Assembly (NCBI GenBank): GCA_963788655.1
Contig: CAWBHS010000100.1
Location: 31,278-95,277, forward strand
Source: an uncultured Verrucomicrobiae bacterium
Lineage (GTDB): Bacteria > Verrucomicrobiota > Verrucomicrobiia > Limisphaerales > JAFGQR01
Direction: 5' to 3'
DNA length: 64,000 bases
Shown here: piece after piece, positions 51,069-61,020 of the stretch
How the letters are laid out: every line of letters begins with the position of its first letter
Position numbering within the stretch: position 1 is the stretch's first letter
Program-made: the position numbers and the translations under genes
The notes under the pieces: generated by a model
What the model was told of the DNA's origin: nothing
Databases searched by the model: none
The model's input: only the letters and a program-made list of their open reading frames with translations

Positions 51069-51953
51069 ATGGCTGACAACGACACCAACAAGGACGCCGC
51101 CGATTACGGACTGGGCATTCCCGTGAAACAACAAACGTTCTTCCTGAAGGGACTGGACCACGTGGATTGGGGAATGAAGGACCGGCTGAGCCGGATTTTT
51201 AATCCCAAGTCCGGCCACACGGTCATGCTGGCGTTCGATCACGGTTACATCATGGGGCCCACCTCGGGACTCGAACGGATGGACCTGACCATGCCACCGC
51301 TCATCGAGCACGCCGATTGTATCATGTGTACGCGGGGCGCATTGCGCAGCATCGTTCCACCCACCTCGAACAAACCGGTGTCGTTGCGCTATTCCGCGGG
51401 CACGACCGTGCTGACCGATTTGAACGACGAATGTCTCCTGGACATCGAAGACGCCATTCGCGTGAACGCCTCGGCCCTGGCGGTCATGGCCGCCATCGGC
51501 AGCAAGTTCGAAGCGAAGACTATTGCCAACTTGGTGCGGACCGCTGATCTGGGTAACAAATACGGTATCCCAACTTTGGGTGTGACGGCCGTCGGCAAGG
51601 AACTAACGCGCGATGCCCGTTACCTGTCGTTAGCCTGCCGGGTCTGCGCTGAAAATGGGGCGACCTTTGTGAAAACTTATTTCTGCGAAACGGACTTTGA
51701 GAAAGTCACCGCCTCTTGTCCGGTGCCCATCGTTATTGCCGGCGGCAAGAAGCTGCCGGAAAATCAGGCGTTGGAATTTGCCTTCAAAGCCCTTCAACAA
51801 GGCGCGGCCGGCGTCGATATGGGCCGCAACGTATTCCAGGCAGAACACCCGGTCGCCATGATTCAGGCAATTCGCGCGGTGGTTCATGACGAACGTTCTC
51901 CGCAAGAGGCGTTTGAGATCTATCAAACCCTCAAAGGGGCAAAATACGTGTAA
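51069..51953 (+). CDS. lsrF: LsrF-like thiolase/class I aldolase
   Basis: DWGMKDRLSRIFNPKSGHTVMLAFDHG, VKTY, VIAGGKK, GVDMGRNVFQ. Confidence 0.88.
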   Translation: MADNDTNKDAADYGLGIPVKQQTFFLKGLDHVDWGMKDRLSRIFNPKSGHTVMLAFDHGYIMGPTSGLERMDLTMPPLIEHADCIMCTRGALRSIVPPTSNKPVSLRYSAGTTVLTDLNDECLLDIEDAIRVNASALAVMAAIGSKFEAKTIANLVRTADLGNKYGIPTLGVTAVGKELTRDARYLSLACRVCAENGATFVKTYFCETDFEKVTASCPVPIVIAGGKKLPENQALEFAFKALQQGAAGVDMGRNVFQAEHPVAMIQAIRAVVHDERSPQEAFEIYQTLKGAKYV

Positions 51954-51954
51954 G

Positions 51955-52481
51955 GTGCTGCCGGCGTCCCGCCGGCAGAAACGAATGGCAAGGCCACGGA
52001 CGAATGAAAGAGCACGGTTGGGATGAGAATGACCAATGCCTCAATGAGCCAAGCACCAGAGAATGGCCAAGTTCCAAGGTCCAAATGAAGCGCGATCCGC
52101 TGCTCACCCAGCAACTGGTCATTGAGGAATTGGACATTCTTTGGGTTGTTGGTCATTGGGCCTTGTTCGGTCGGGCCGTTCCAAACTGCCGGCAAGATGC
52201 CGGCAGCACGCTGCTGCAACGTGCTGCCGGCGTCTCGCCGGCAGAAACGAATGCAAGTGTCACGGACGAATGAAAGAGCACGGTCGGGATGGGAATGACC
52301 AAGCCTCAATGAGCAAGCCCCAGAGAATGGCCAAGAATTCCAAGGCCCAAATGAAGTGTGATCCGCTGCTCACCCGGCAACTGGCATTGAGGTATTGGTC
52401 ATTCTGTGGTCATTGTGTCATTGGTCATTGGGCCTTGTTTGGCCGGGCCGTTCCAAACTGCCGGCAAGCTGCGGGCAGCAC
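51955..52481. repeat. Two tandem copies (51955-52209, 52221-52481) of a composite MITE/REPIN-like element of about 260 bp
   Basis: Each starts gtgctgccggcgtc(c/t)cgccggcag, ends ctgccggcaag(a/c)tgc(c/g)ggcagcac, and has an AATGACC-family core. Confidence 0.85.
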
Positions 52482-52515
52482 ACTCCGCCCCTTGCGAGCG
52501 GTTCGGTTTGGTGGA

Positions 52516-53874
52516 ATGTTTTTCGCGCAAACAAATGCTATCGACATTTCATCGGATGCGGCTGGCCCGGGCAGCAGGGCTGGTTGCCTTATGGGCTTCC
52601 TGACGCCGCTGGCACTGCTGGCTCGCGTGGGCGAAGTGGAAACGCGGGACGGCCAGAGTTATACCGGTCATATTCGGCTGGCGACCAATTGCATCTTTAT
52701 CGCCAACGCTGGCGAGGGCCAAATGACCCAAGTGGACCTGACGAATTTGCACGCCATGATTTTTCTCGATGACGGCGTGGCCCTCTTGCCAGCCGAACCT
52801 GAACCGCCCCCGTCTCAACTGCCCAAACCATGGCTTAGCCAGGACATCGGGGCCGTGCCGCGTCCGGGCAATGCCTCCTTTGAAAAGGACGTGTATCACT
52901 TGCGCGGCGTCGGTTCGGGCGCGCATGGGAGCAGCGACGCGTTTCAGTTCGTGTACAAAACGGTGGTCGGCGACAGCGAAATGGTTGCCTGCATCAATCA
53001 CGTGCAATACACCGGTTCGCGAGCGCAGGCCGGGATTATGATCCGCAGTGACCTCAACGCCGACGCGCCCAATGTGTGCTTGGGTGTGACCCCGCGCCAG
53101 CGCGGTTGGATGCAATGGCGCAACGCCACTGGTGCCGACACCTTCACCCTGGCCCAACCGGACTTGCGTGCTCCATCCTGGATCCGATTGAAACGCCTGG
53201 GCGATACCTTTACCGGCTACAAATCATGGGACGGCAAGCGATGGCGACTGGCGGGCGAAACCCGTGTCGAAATGGACAAAACCACCTATGTCGGCCTGGC
53301 GGTTGCCAGTGGCAACGGGGATCAACTGAGCCACGCCACCTTCAATGAAGTGCAGGAAGCTCCGTCCGTCCGGCTGACTTCCTTCCGGCCCCGCGTTAGC
53401 CTGCGTAGTGGTTCGACGGTGGTGGCGGGCATTCAGTCCGCGGACGACGGCGCGGTGAGTGTTTATTCGTTGTTGCGGCACCCGCCCATTGCCACGCCGC
53501 AGGTGGCCAGCCTGCAATTTCGATGGCTGCCCGACCGGTTGGCCGCCAAGATGAACCTGGGACGTCCCGGCGTGCTGCTCACCACGGGCGAGTTCATTGA
53601 TGGCGACTTTCGGAGCCTCGAGCACGACCGGGTGACGATCAGTTCGGTGCTGTTCGGGCTTCGGTCCTACGACGTGAATCACGAAGTCATCGCGGTCGCT
53701 ATGGGCACTCCGGATCCCGCGCGGCAACGTTTTCGGATCAAGACCTTGAGCGGCTCGACCTTGTGGGGCAACGATTTGTCGTTGGGCTGGAATGAAGTGG
53801 CCTTCCAGGAACCACTGTTGGGCACCTGGCGTCTGCCGCTGACCGACCTTAAGGAGATCGAGCAGATCCCGTAG
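52516..53874 (+). CDS. Hypothetical secreted protein with a ConA/DUF1349-like beta-sandwich
   Basis: PWLSQDIG...G.G....G.SDAFQFVY..V.GD...AQAGIMIR...WIRLKRLGDTFTGY.S.DG..W...VGLAV. The start is uncertain; the signal peptide may be frameshifted from ATG 52535. Confidence 0.65.
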   Translation: MFFAQTNAIDISSDAAGPGSRAGCLMGFLTPLALLARVGEVETRDGQSYTGHIRLATNCIFIANAGEGQMTQVDLTNLHAMIFLDDGVALLPAEPEPPPSQLPKPWLSQDIGAVPRPGNASFEKDVYHLRGVGSGAHGSSDAFQFVYKTVVGDSEMVACINHVQYTGSRAQAGIMIRSDLNADAPNVCLGVTPRQRGWMQWRNATGADTFTLAQPDLRAPSWIRLKRLGDTFTGYKSWDGKRWRLAGETRVEMDKTTYVGLAVASGNGDQLSHATFNEVQEAPSVRLTSFRPRVSLRSGSTVVAGIQSADDGAVSVYSLLRHPPIATPQVASLQFRWLPDRLAAKMNLGRPGVLLTTGEFIDGDFRSLEHDRVTISSVLFGLRSYDVNHEVIAVAMGTPDPARQRFRIKTLSGSTLWGNDLSLGWNEVAFQEPLLGTWRLPLTDLKEIEQIP

Positions 53875-54059
53875 CGAATTGGAGAATTCGCGTGGCATCA
53901 ATGCCATGCTCGACTGACGACAGGAAAATGGGTGGTTGGAACATGGCTTTTGATTTTACTGTCATCAATCGTCACGGGCTCCCTCTTGGGCAAGGCTATT
54001 CACTGCCGGGCCGTTGACCAACATCAACCGCAATATGCCGGGTACGGCAACCGCCCGAT

Positions 54060-57000
54060 TCAGCGGACGGCTGGCGCTTCGGAACGGTTCAGCGCCTTCA
54101 CTAACGCACGCGTTTCCTCCTCGTTCCAATTCCCGGCAATCGCGATTCTGCCACCGGTGATCGGCTCGTTGACGAATGGCGCAGTCAGGATTTTACCGTC
54201 AAAGACCAAGGCCAACTGCCGGTGAACATTGGCGGCAGTGATCTGCGCGAACCGTTCGGCGCCCGACTCCGTCAGCTCGAGGTTGATTCGCAGTTGCCCG
54301 GTTATTGGATCCTTTGAGACGTTAGCTTCGGCTACGGCAGTTTCGTCCATCAAGATGGCCTTCAACACTCGAAGTTTGTGATCGGGGTTCCTGGGGTCCG
54401 GCAATAGATCTGCCGGTTGACTTGGATCGTCGCTCACCAAACGGAAGTAGAATCGGTTGGTGGTCAGCGTCATTTGATTTGTTCCTGGGTCGGCCAGCAG
54501 ATACGGCGACTGAACTCGCCTCGAAGAGCCGGTGGAAGGGGCTGCGCCTGGTTGGTTTTGCTTGTTGATTCGTTCCAGTTCCGTCCGGAGATTTTCCAAC
54601 TGCCGATTAGCCGGCTCCAGCTTTTGCGCCATCCGGACAATCGCCAGCGCCTCGGTGATCCGATTTTGATTCACGAGCAAGGAGATGTAGCGGTAGATTG
54701 CTTCCGGGGAGCGCGGACAAAGCGCCAGCGCCTGCCGAAAAGCAAAGTCAGCGGCTTCGGCCATGCGCTGCTGTTCCACAACATTGTTCTTGGCGTTGGC
54801 CGCCAGGTTATCGGGGAAGACATACTGCATATAGACAATTGCAATCGCGGTGCGCAGCTTTGAAAACATCTGGCAGCAATATTCATTGCCGACGAACTTA
54901 GGGTCGCCTTTGAAACCGGCCAGGTCTTTTCGACCAAACACTCGCTCGGCAAAATCGCACACTTCGCTCACTGAGGTGTCCGGCGTCAGCCAGTTGCCGA
55001 TCATGGGGGCGATGTAGCGGGTCCAATACTCGCGGTCGCGCTGCACCACTTCGTTGCTCAACCATGCAGTCGGCCTGTGTGGCAGTCTCAAAATCAATCC
55101 GTGCGGCTCCAAACTCGGACTCATCCAACCAATTCGGTAACTATCTTCTACGTAGAATTCTCGATCCGGATTCTCCGCGAACAGCAGATGGGAGAGTTTC
55201 GAATTGATTTCTAAGAGGCGGCTCTGATTCTTGGAATGCCTATCGACCATCCTGGCACCGGCTCGAGACTTGAGTTTCCCTTCTGTCCTTCGTCCTTCTG
55301 CCTCCGTCCTTTGGTCACTGAATTTAGGCTGCTTGCCGGCAATGAGCTGGCGCAGGAAATCCGTGAAGGCACGGCCCTTCAAAATATTGCCCGCCTTCCA
55401 TTCGTCGATCGAGGGCAGGTTGATTTTTTCATCATAAATCTGGCGCAGATAGTCCATGTAGGCAGGGTCGGTAAGTGCATTTTGGCTCACCGTAAAGAAT
55501 GGGTTCTCTTGTGCCGGTACCTGACTGAAAGCCATAACCAGAAACCTTCCGGAGTCGGCGCCACCCAAGTAAATGCTTCCGGGTGTTATTGCGCCGATAA
55601 TATCCTCGGCATAAGCAGTGAGATACTTTGGCTCTCCTTGGGCGTAGGCCTCGTAAACACCGTACGTTTCCACGAGGGTTTCAAAGGCCGGAATGGCGAG
55701 CGCCTCATTGGTGCCGCCATACGCCAGGGGCTTGGTGGCGGAGTTGGGCGTAAATGTTTGTGAGCCCCGACCAGTCGCCGCGGGCTGCCGCGGCGAAGTA
55801 ATCCTCAATTTCCTCCGGCAGCTTGTGGTGCTCAGCGGCAGCTAGCTCATGGGCTTGTTGGGCTTTAGCGGCAAAGAATTTCTGAATACGTTGCGGCAGC
55901 GGCTTCGGGAGCAGTTCAGCCGCCGACAGTCCCTCTGGTGGCGCCGTTGTGTTCGTGTCCTTCTCGGTTGCCGGCGCTGCGGCGTGCAGAATGGCCAGCG
56001 GGGTCACCGTCAGGACCATCAGCCCAACCGCCAGCGCCAATGTCCAGCGGGTCACTGACCGGCGGCAACGAGAGTGGTCCAGGATGGCCAGCAGCCGTTC
56101 TTCCAACGTCGCCCGCCGGGCCATGGCTACTGCGGCGCCCGTGGCGAAGCGAAGACCCCGCAAACGGGTGGCGAGCTGAAGTAATTCATCGGCGTATTCC
56201 GAGGCCTTGGCACCGGTCGTCAACACCAAGTCGTCGCAGGATTGCTCGCGCTCGAACCGCATCCGCCCGACGACCAACCATGCCAACGGATTGAACCAAT
56301 GCAGCGCTCGCGCCACGCGAGCTAAGGTCTGGGTCAGGCAATCCCAACGTTTGATGTGAGCCAATTCATGGAGCAGCACCATTCGCCGCCGCTCGACTGG
56401 CCAGGTGTCCGCTTCCACCGGTAAAAGCAGCTTGGGAAGCCACGTGCCCCAAGTCATGGGCATCGTCGTTTGACCGCTCTGAAACAACGTCACTCGCCGC
56501 CGCAAACGCAATGTCTCCTGTGCTTCCTGCAATTGCCTCAGCCAGTCCGGCGAAGTGACTCGCTTTGCCTGCCGCCGGATTCGTCGCAAAGCCAGCGCGC
56601 CCACCAGTGAAGGGAGCAGCATCAAGGTGACGCCAATCGCCCACAAACAGCCAAACGCTTCCGGCCAGGAAATGTTCCCTGCCGGCGGATTAAACGCGGC
56701 TTCCAAGCCGTCATGCGTTCGATCCAGTGTTCCCGGCAGCACATCGCCAAGACCTTGACTGACTGCCAAAGAGGATTGTTGGTCAAGCACAGTCCGCTCG
56801 GACAAGGCCAACTCTGGCGGCAGACTGCTCTCGAACGGCCCGTTCCCTGATCCGCGCGCCGCATTGTTTGCGTGGGCGAGGCGCCAAGCTGGAAGAACTG
56901 GCAGCCGCCATTGCGGGAGGATGAGCGTCAAGACGGGCAACAAAAGCAGACCCGTCACCGCCAGGCACCACACCAGGTGCCGGACGGCGGCGGATGATCG

Positions 57001-57132
57001 TCGCAATCCCCACACCCACAATGTTGCCACCACCAGCAACAGGACACCTTTGAGTGCCATATCCAAACCCAGCTCCAGTCCCCCGCTTGGGGAGATGAGG
57101 TTGAGCAAGCTTTCCATGAACGTGGTTTTCAT
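54060..57132 (-). CDS. BlaR1-like M56 metallopeptidase fused to a DUF2723-type soluble region, a TPR and a SecDF P1-head-like domain; frameshift near 55727
   Basis: SAAVRHLVW, PMTWG, HELAHIKRWD, WFNPLAW, EREQSCDD. Removing one C joins QA-LAYGGTNE. C-terminus INLELTESGAERFAQITAANVHRQLALVFDGKILTAP. Confidence 0.75.
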
Positions 57133-57522
57133 TTATCGGTCCTCCTTGCGGCTTTGTTCGATCAGGGTTTGCAGACGTTTTACTTGTTCCGTGGTCAATC
57201 GTTCCCCGGAAGCGCCCATCAATGCCGCGACGGCCTTTTCCAACGAGTCATCGTAGAACGTTCGCACCACTCGTTTCAGCGCGTGCAACCCGGCATTCTC
57301 CCGGCGATGAGTGGGGGCGTAAATGTATTTGCCGCCGGCGTCCTTGTGCTTGAGATGCCCCTTGTCTTCCAGGATGCGCAACAACGCCCGCACGGCTGAG
57401 TAACTTGGGGGATCGGGTAATCCCGCCTGGATTTCCGCCGCTGACGCCTGGCCCTTTCGATAAACGACATCCATGATCTGCCGTTCGCGCCGGCTCAACC
57501 GGCTGTGCGGTTCCTGTGCCAT
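57133..57522 (-). CDS. BlaI/MecI/CopY family transcriptional repressor
   Basis: LSRRERQIMDVVY, PSYSAVRALLRILEDKGHL; abuts the M56 gene. Confidence 0.92.
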   Translation of the reverse strand: MAQEPHSRLSRRERQIMDVVYRKGQASAAEIQAGLPDPPSYSAVRALLRILEDKGHLKHKDAGGKYIYAPTHRRENAGLHALKRVVRTFYDDSLEKAVAALMGASGERLTTEQVKRLQTLIEQSRKEDR

Positions 57523-57524
57523 AG

Positions 57525-57585
57525 TGCTAACTTCTTAGCATGATGGTGCCGCCGGGGTCAAGCGGTAATTGTTAAAAAATTAGCA
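57525..57585. promoter_or_regulatory. Two palindromic operators (TGCTAA-N4-TTAGCA) flanking a minus-strand -35 box (TTGACC)
   Basis: tgctaa-cttc-ttagca at 57525-57540 and tgttaa-aaaa-ttagca at 57570-57585; ggtcaa at 57556-57561. Confidence 0.7.
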
Positions 57586-57777
57586 TGTGACCGCACGGCA
57601 ACTGAACAACCATCCGCCGAGCGACGAGGTGGTCATCCAAAAGAAAACGCCTCCCAGCCATGCAAATTCGGCGATTGGTCTGGCGAAAGACGTAATCAGG
57701 GAAGTGAGGGTTCGACGGAATCTCGTCCTGCCAGAGTTCGCTTGCGGCACTGTTACGCTGCGTCGATCTGCTACTTG

Positions 57778-60028
57778 TCACTTGATCTCGTTAGCGTTGC
57801 GCGATGGCCATATCGATGTCAGTTCGCAGACGGTCATTGACAGGATCTTGGGATGGCCGCCTTCGGAAGAAAGTTCCAGACTCGCACGGCCCGGGCGCGG
57901 CAGGAAGCACGAACTCATGGAGACTTTGCCCTCGTTGGCAAAGACCTCGATGGAACATCCGATCGATGAGGATGCGCAAAGTGATTTCGTCATTCGGTGT
58001 GTCGATTGCGGCTTCGCGGCCCAGACAAGTCAGGGTCCTTTTTTCGGCGGAATAGGCTATGGTTTCATCACGCCACTTGAGGCCGAACGACCGGGCATCC
58101 GCCAGCGCCACCCGCAATTGAAGGTCGAACAGGTCGCCGGAAAGTTGCCCGAGAAGGTTGGCGCCGGCTTCCACGGTCAGGTTGTTCCGGGTGTAGTCCT
58201 TTTTGTAAATGCTCTGGATCTCTTTGACCGGCATTCGGCAAATTCTCAGCCCTTCCGGGAAGGAACGCAGGGTCAAGTCGCAGGGGAACGTCAATTGTTG
58301 GTTGAACGGCATCTCGGGATATTTGCCGTCCCGCATCCACGCGATCTGCACGCGCCGGTCAGGCTGGCCCGGAATGTCACCCCAGGATTGCGTCGCGTAA
58401 AAGTTGGCGCCGAGGTCGCAAGGCAATTGGCCGGTTTGCGAGGTGAACTTGGTGCCGTCGAACTCGCCCACCGAATATTTGCCGTTGCCGCGGACCAGTA
58501 CCCACTTGAGGTGATTGCGGTCGCCATCCACCGGCAATTGAAAAAGATCGGGGCATTCGAAACATTCCGGAATGGGATGCTTCTGGTCAGTCCAAGTCAG
58601 CAGATTGGTTGAATTCAAGATGTGGTAGTGGGCGTCCGCATAGAGCACCATGACCCACTTGTGCCCTGGCGGATACCAAAACACCTTTGGGTCGCGTTCG
58701 GCGCGGATCATGTACGGATTGTTCGCATACTTGGCCCAGGTCAACCCATCGTCCACGCTGTAAGAGATGCACTGGCTGCGGTTGTCGAAACCGCTCCAAA
58801 AGGCCACCAGCGGCGGCTTCTTTGGATCCGTTGACAGCCCCGATACATTCAAGAGGTCATAGACGATGCTGCCGGACTGGACGCCGGTGCCAAACCGTTT
58901 CTCCTCCCAGAAAGCTGGCTGCAATTCGGTCCAATGGACCAAGTCTCGACTAACAAAGTGGAGCCAGCAACGCGCCCAGCGCTGAGCGAACAAGTGGTAT
59001 TGACCGTTGTGGTAAATGAGGCCGTTCACATCATTGATCCAACCTTCTTCCTGACGGCCGGGATTCAGCTTGCGAACCGTCCACTGCCGGGCCGTCACGT
59101 GAAACTGGGGGCGGTATTGTTCGCGGTAAAGATCGGCGGGCGGCGGAAGCAGGGAAGGCTTTTTCAAATAGGTCGGCTTGCGTGCGGCCACGCGCTGAGC
59201 GCCGCCGCTGAGGCATTCAATCTCGGTATCGGAGAGCGCCCGCTGCCATAAAGCGACGTGGTCGATTTGTCCTTTCCAGCCGGTCTTGATGTGGCCATTG
59301 ACCGATTCCGCGCCAATCAAGCAAGGCACCGTGTTGCCCTCGCGCAGCGGACCGTGGGGAAAGTCCTCATCCATCAACACTCCATCCACAAACATTTGCA
59401 GCCGCGACCCATCATAGCGGCAGATGACGGTGTGCCAATCGGTGGCGCCGATCTTGGCAACGGGCACCTTGGTCCGCCACCCCCCCGAGTGGTCTCGGGT
59501 CCCCAATTCGAAGCCAATTTCAGACGACAGGGAATAGAGATTATAGACGAGTTGGTCATGACCGCCGTGCTTGCTGAAGAGCGGCAATTCCCAGGTGGCG
59601 GCTGGACTACGCAGTCGCACGCTCACCGTCAACGCGGAACCTGTGACGTTCAACACGCCGTTAGCTCCTTGCCCGGCGTCGAAATAGCCGCTATCAAATT
59701 CGGCGACGATACCGTCATTGCCGCCGGCCAGCGATTCCTGGAGCTCCTTTCCCGTGAGTTGCTTTCCGAGCGTGACATTTCCCACCGCCGTAAGACCGTT
59801 CTTGCCGACGGAATCGTTGAGATCCGCCATCTGCCAAACCGCAACGGCAGTTCGAAAAATGTCGCCGGGTGATGGTGCCGGTTGTCCCGCGGACGCTAAG
59901 GTAACTGCGAGCAATAGGCCAATCGTCAAACTTGAATGAGGCACCTTGCCGGAGCAGGGGGCTGAGGTATTTGCAACCCGTTTCCTTTCGAATGGCCGCT
60001 CGTTGCGGGTGGTCTGAAGTTTGAACAT
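57778..60028 (-). CDS. GH32 beta-fructosidase/levanase with an N-terminal LamG/ConA-like domain; frameshift near 57953
   Basis: YRPQFH, WINDVNG, ERDPKV, CFECPDLF, FYATQSW. The C-terminus continues as CSIEVFANEG in the 57778-57993 frame. Confidence 0.88.
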
Positions 60029-60159
60029 TGAGCGAGAATACCGCCTGGCCATTGTCCGTCCAGATGGAAAGGGAGGTGAATACGGTGAAGCGGGAAATTC
60101 ACGTAATCCGGAAGCCACGCACCGAGGCCGATTGCAGCACGGACATTCTCGTCTGCATT

Positions 60160-60470
60160 GGGCGTCGCGCGGACCCTGGCAAGCCCCCTTGGCGGGCAGG
60201 GCGTCGATTTTTTCGGTGACAACTCCAGCACTTGTTGATATAAGAACACCAATGCTGAGAATGCCTGATTTTGGGTTGAGGCTGAAATCCCTTGCCGAGC
60301 CACGTCGGAGAGGTAGGCCTCCAGTATTTATTCGCTGGTCGCCGGGGCGGGCACTTGAGGATGGAAGCGAATGGAACGCCGGAGCCAACCGCAATCGGAT
60401 TGCTCCATGGAAAAGGACAGATGCTTCAACCGGGTTACCGCCTGCATCCGTGGTATCGTCTCAGCCTCAC
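60160..60470 (-). pseudogene. intI: Truncated integron integrase (N-terminal domain only)
   Basis: MQAVTRLKHLSFSMEQSDCGWLRRSIRF...SE*ILEAYLSDVARQGISASTQNQAFSALVFLYQQVL. In-frame TAA at 60328-60330, a frameshift near 60210, and no catalytic domain. Confidence 0.8.
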
Positions 60471-60496
60471 CCTGGTTTTTCCTTAATGCCCTGTTG

Positions 60497-60973
60497 TCAA
60501 CAACTTGGCCGGTTCACTATGTGTTCACTGGTCGCATAATAATAGTTCGACCAATAAATGACGATGCCCTCGAAAGGCAATCCGTGGGTCGCGTTAAACC
60601 AGTCCAGCATATCCTGGGGCGTGTTGAAGCCATCGGCGCGGGCAAATTTAAATGGATGCTCCAACGGTCGGCCGTTCAAGCTGATGCCCTCATGGGTGAT
60701 ACGGATCGACGCCACAAATTCCACCCTGGTTTCACGCAACACCCGTTGCTTGCTTCGATACGGGGCGCCGGTCCAACCCCGTAAACTGAGCCGGTCTCCC
60801 GGCTTTGGCATTCGCTTCGGAACGGGCCGCACAGTCTGGCATTTCTCACCCGAAAGCACCAGCCCAGCGAACTGCGGCTTAAACATACGCACGAAGGTCG
60901 AACCAGGCGACGCACCGAACCGCCGATCCGCTTGGCCGTTCGGTGCTGGCGTTTCGTGTTGTGGCTTTTTCAT
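60497..60973 (-). CDS. ASCH/PUA-like protein, cassette 1, antisense to the array
   Basis: FKPQFAGLVLSGEKCQTVR...KPGDRL (ASCH G.K..T.R motif); FARADGF....M..WF. Alternative start at MFKPQF (60886). Confidence 0.7.
   Translation of the reverse strand: MKKPQHETPAPNGQADRRFGASPGSTFVRMFKPQFAGLVLSGEKCQTVRPVPKRMPKPGDRLSLRGWTGAPYRSKQRVLRETRVEFVASIRITHEGISLNGRPLEHPFKFARADGFNTPQDMLDWFNATHGLPFEGIVIYWSNYYYATSEHIVNRPSC
60505..60551 (+). other. Putative attI site
   Basis: GTTCACT direct repeats at 60512 and 60523, then gcataataata-G/TTCGAC (60545-60551). This core is the exact complement of the next attC R'' box, GTCGAAC. Confidence 0.7.
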
Positions 60974-61006
60974 GGTTCGCGGCAGTCGGTGGTCTTGGCG
61001 TTAGCC
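60897..61006 (+). other. attC site 1
   Basis: R'' GTCGAAC ... R' GTTAGCC; internal palindrome caccgaaccgccg / gcggcagtcggtg. Confidence 0.8.
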
Positions 61007-61020
61007 CACATTCGCACACC

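Noticed and set aside
51069..51953. Complete AI-2 (lsr) quorum-sensing locus
   Set aside because: No lsrK, lsrR, lsrG or lsrACDB in the window.
51955..52481. CRISPR array
   Set aside because: Two long degenerate units rather than short identical repeats with unique spacers; no cas genes.
52141..52515. N-terminal extension of the 52141-53874 ORF
   Set aside because: It translates the repeat element and is not protein-like; the real start is near 52516-52535.
57133..57522. Beta-lactam resistance locus (blaI/blaR1/blaZ)
   Set aside because: No beta-lactamase, and no penicillin-binding sensor domain on the M56 protein.
60029..60394. N-terminal extension of the GH32 ORF to 60394
   Set aside because: It overlaps the intI remnant, mostly in another frame; the signal peptide lies downstream of about 60028.
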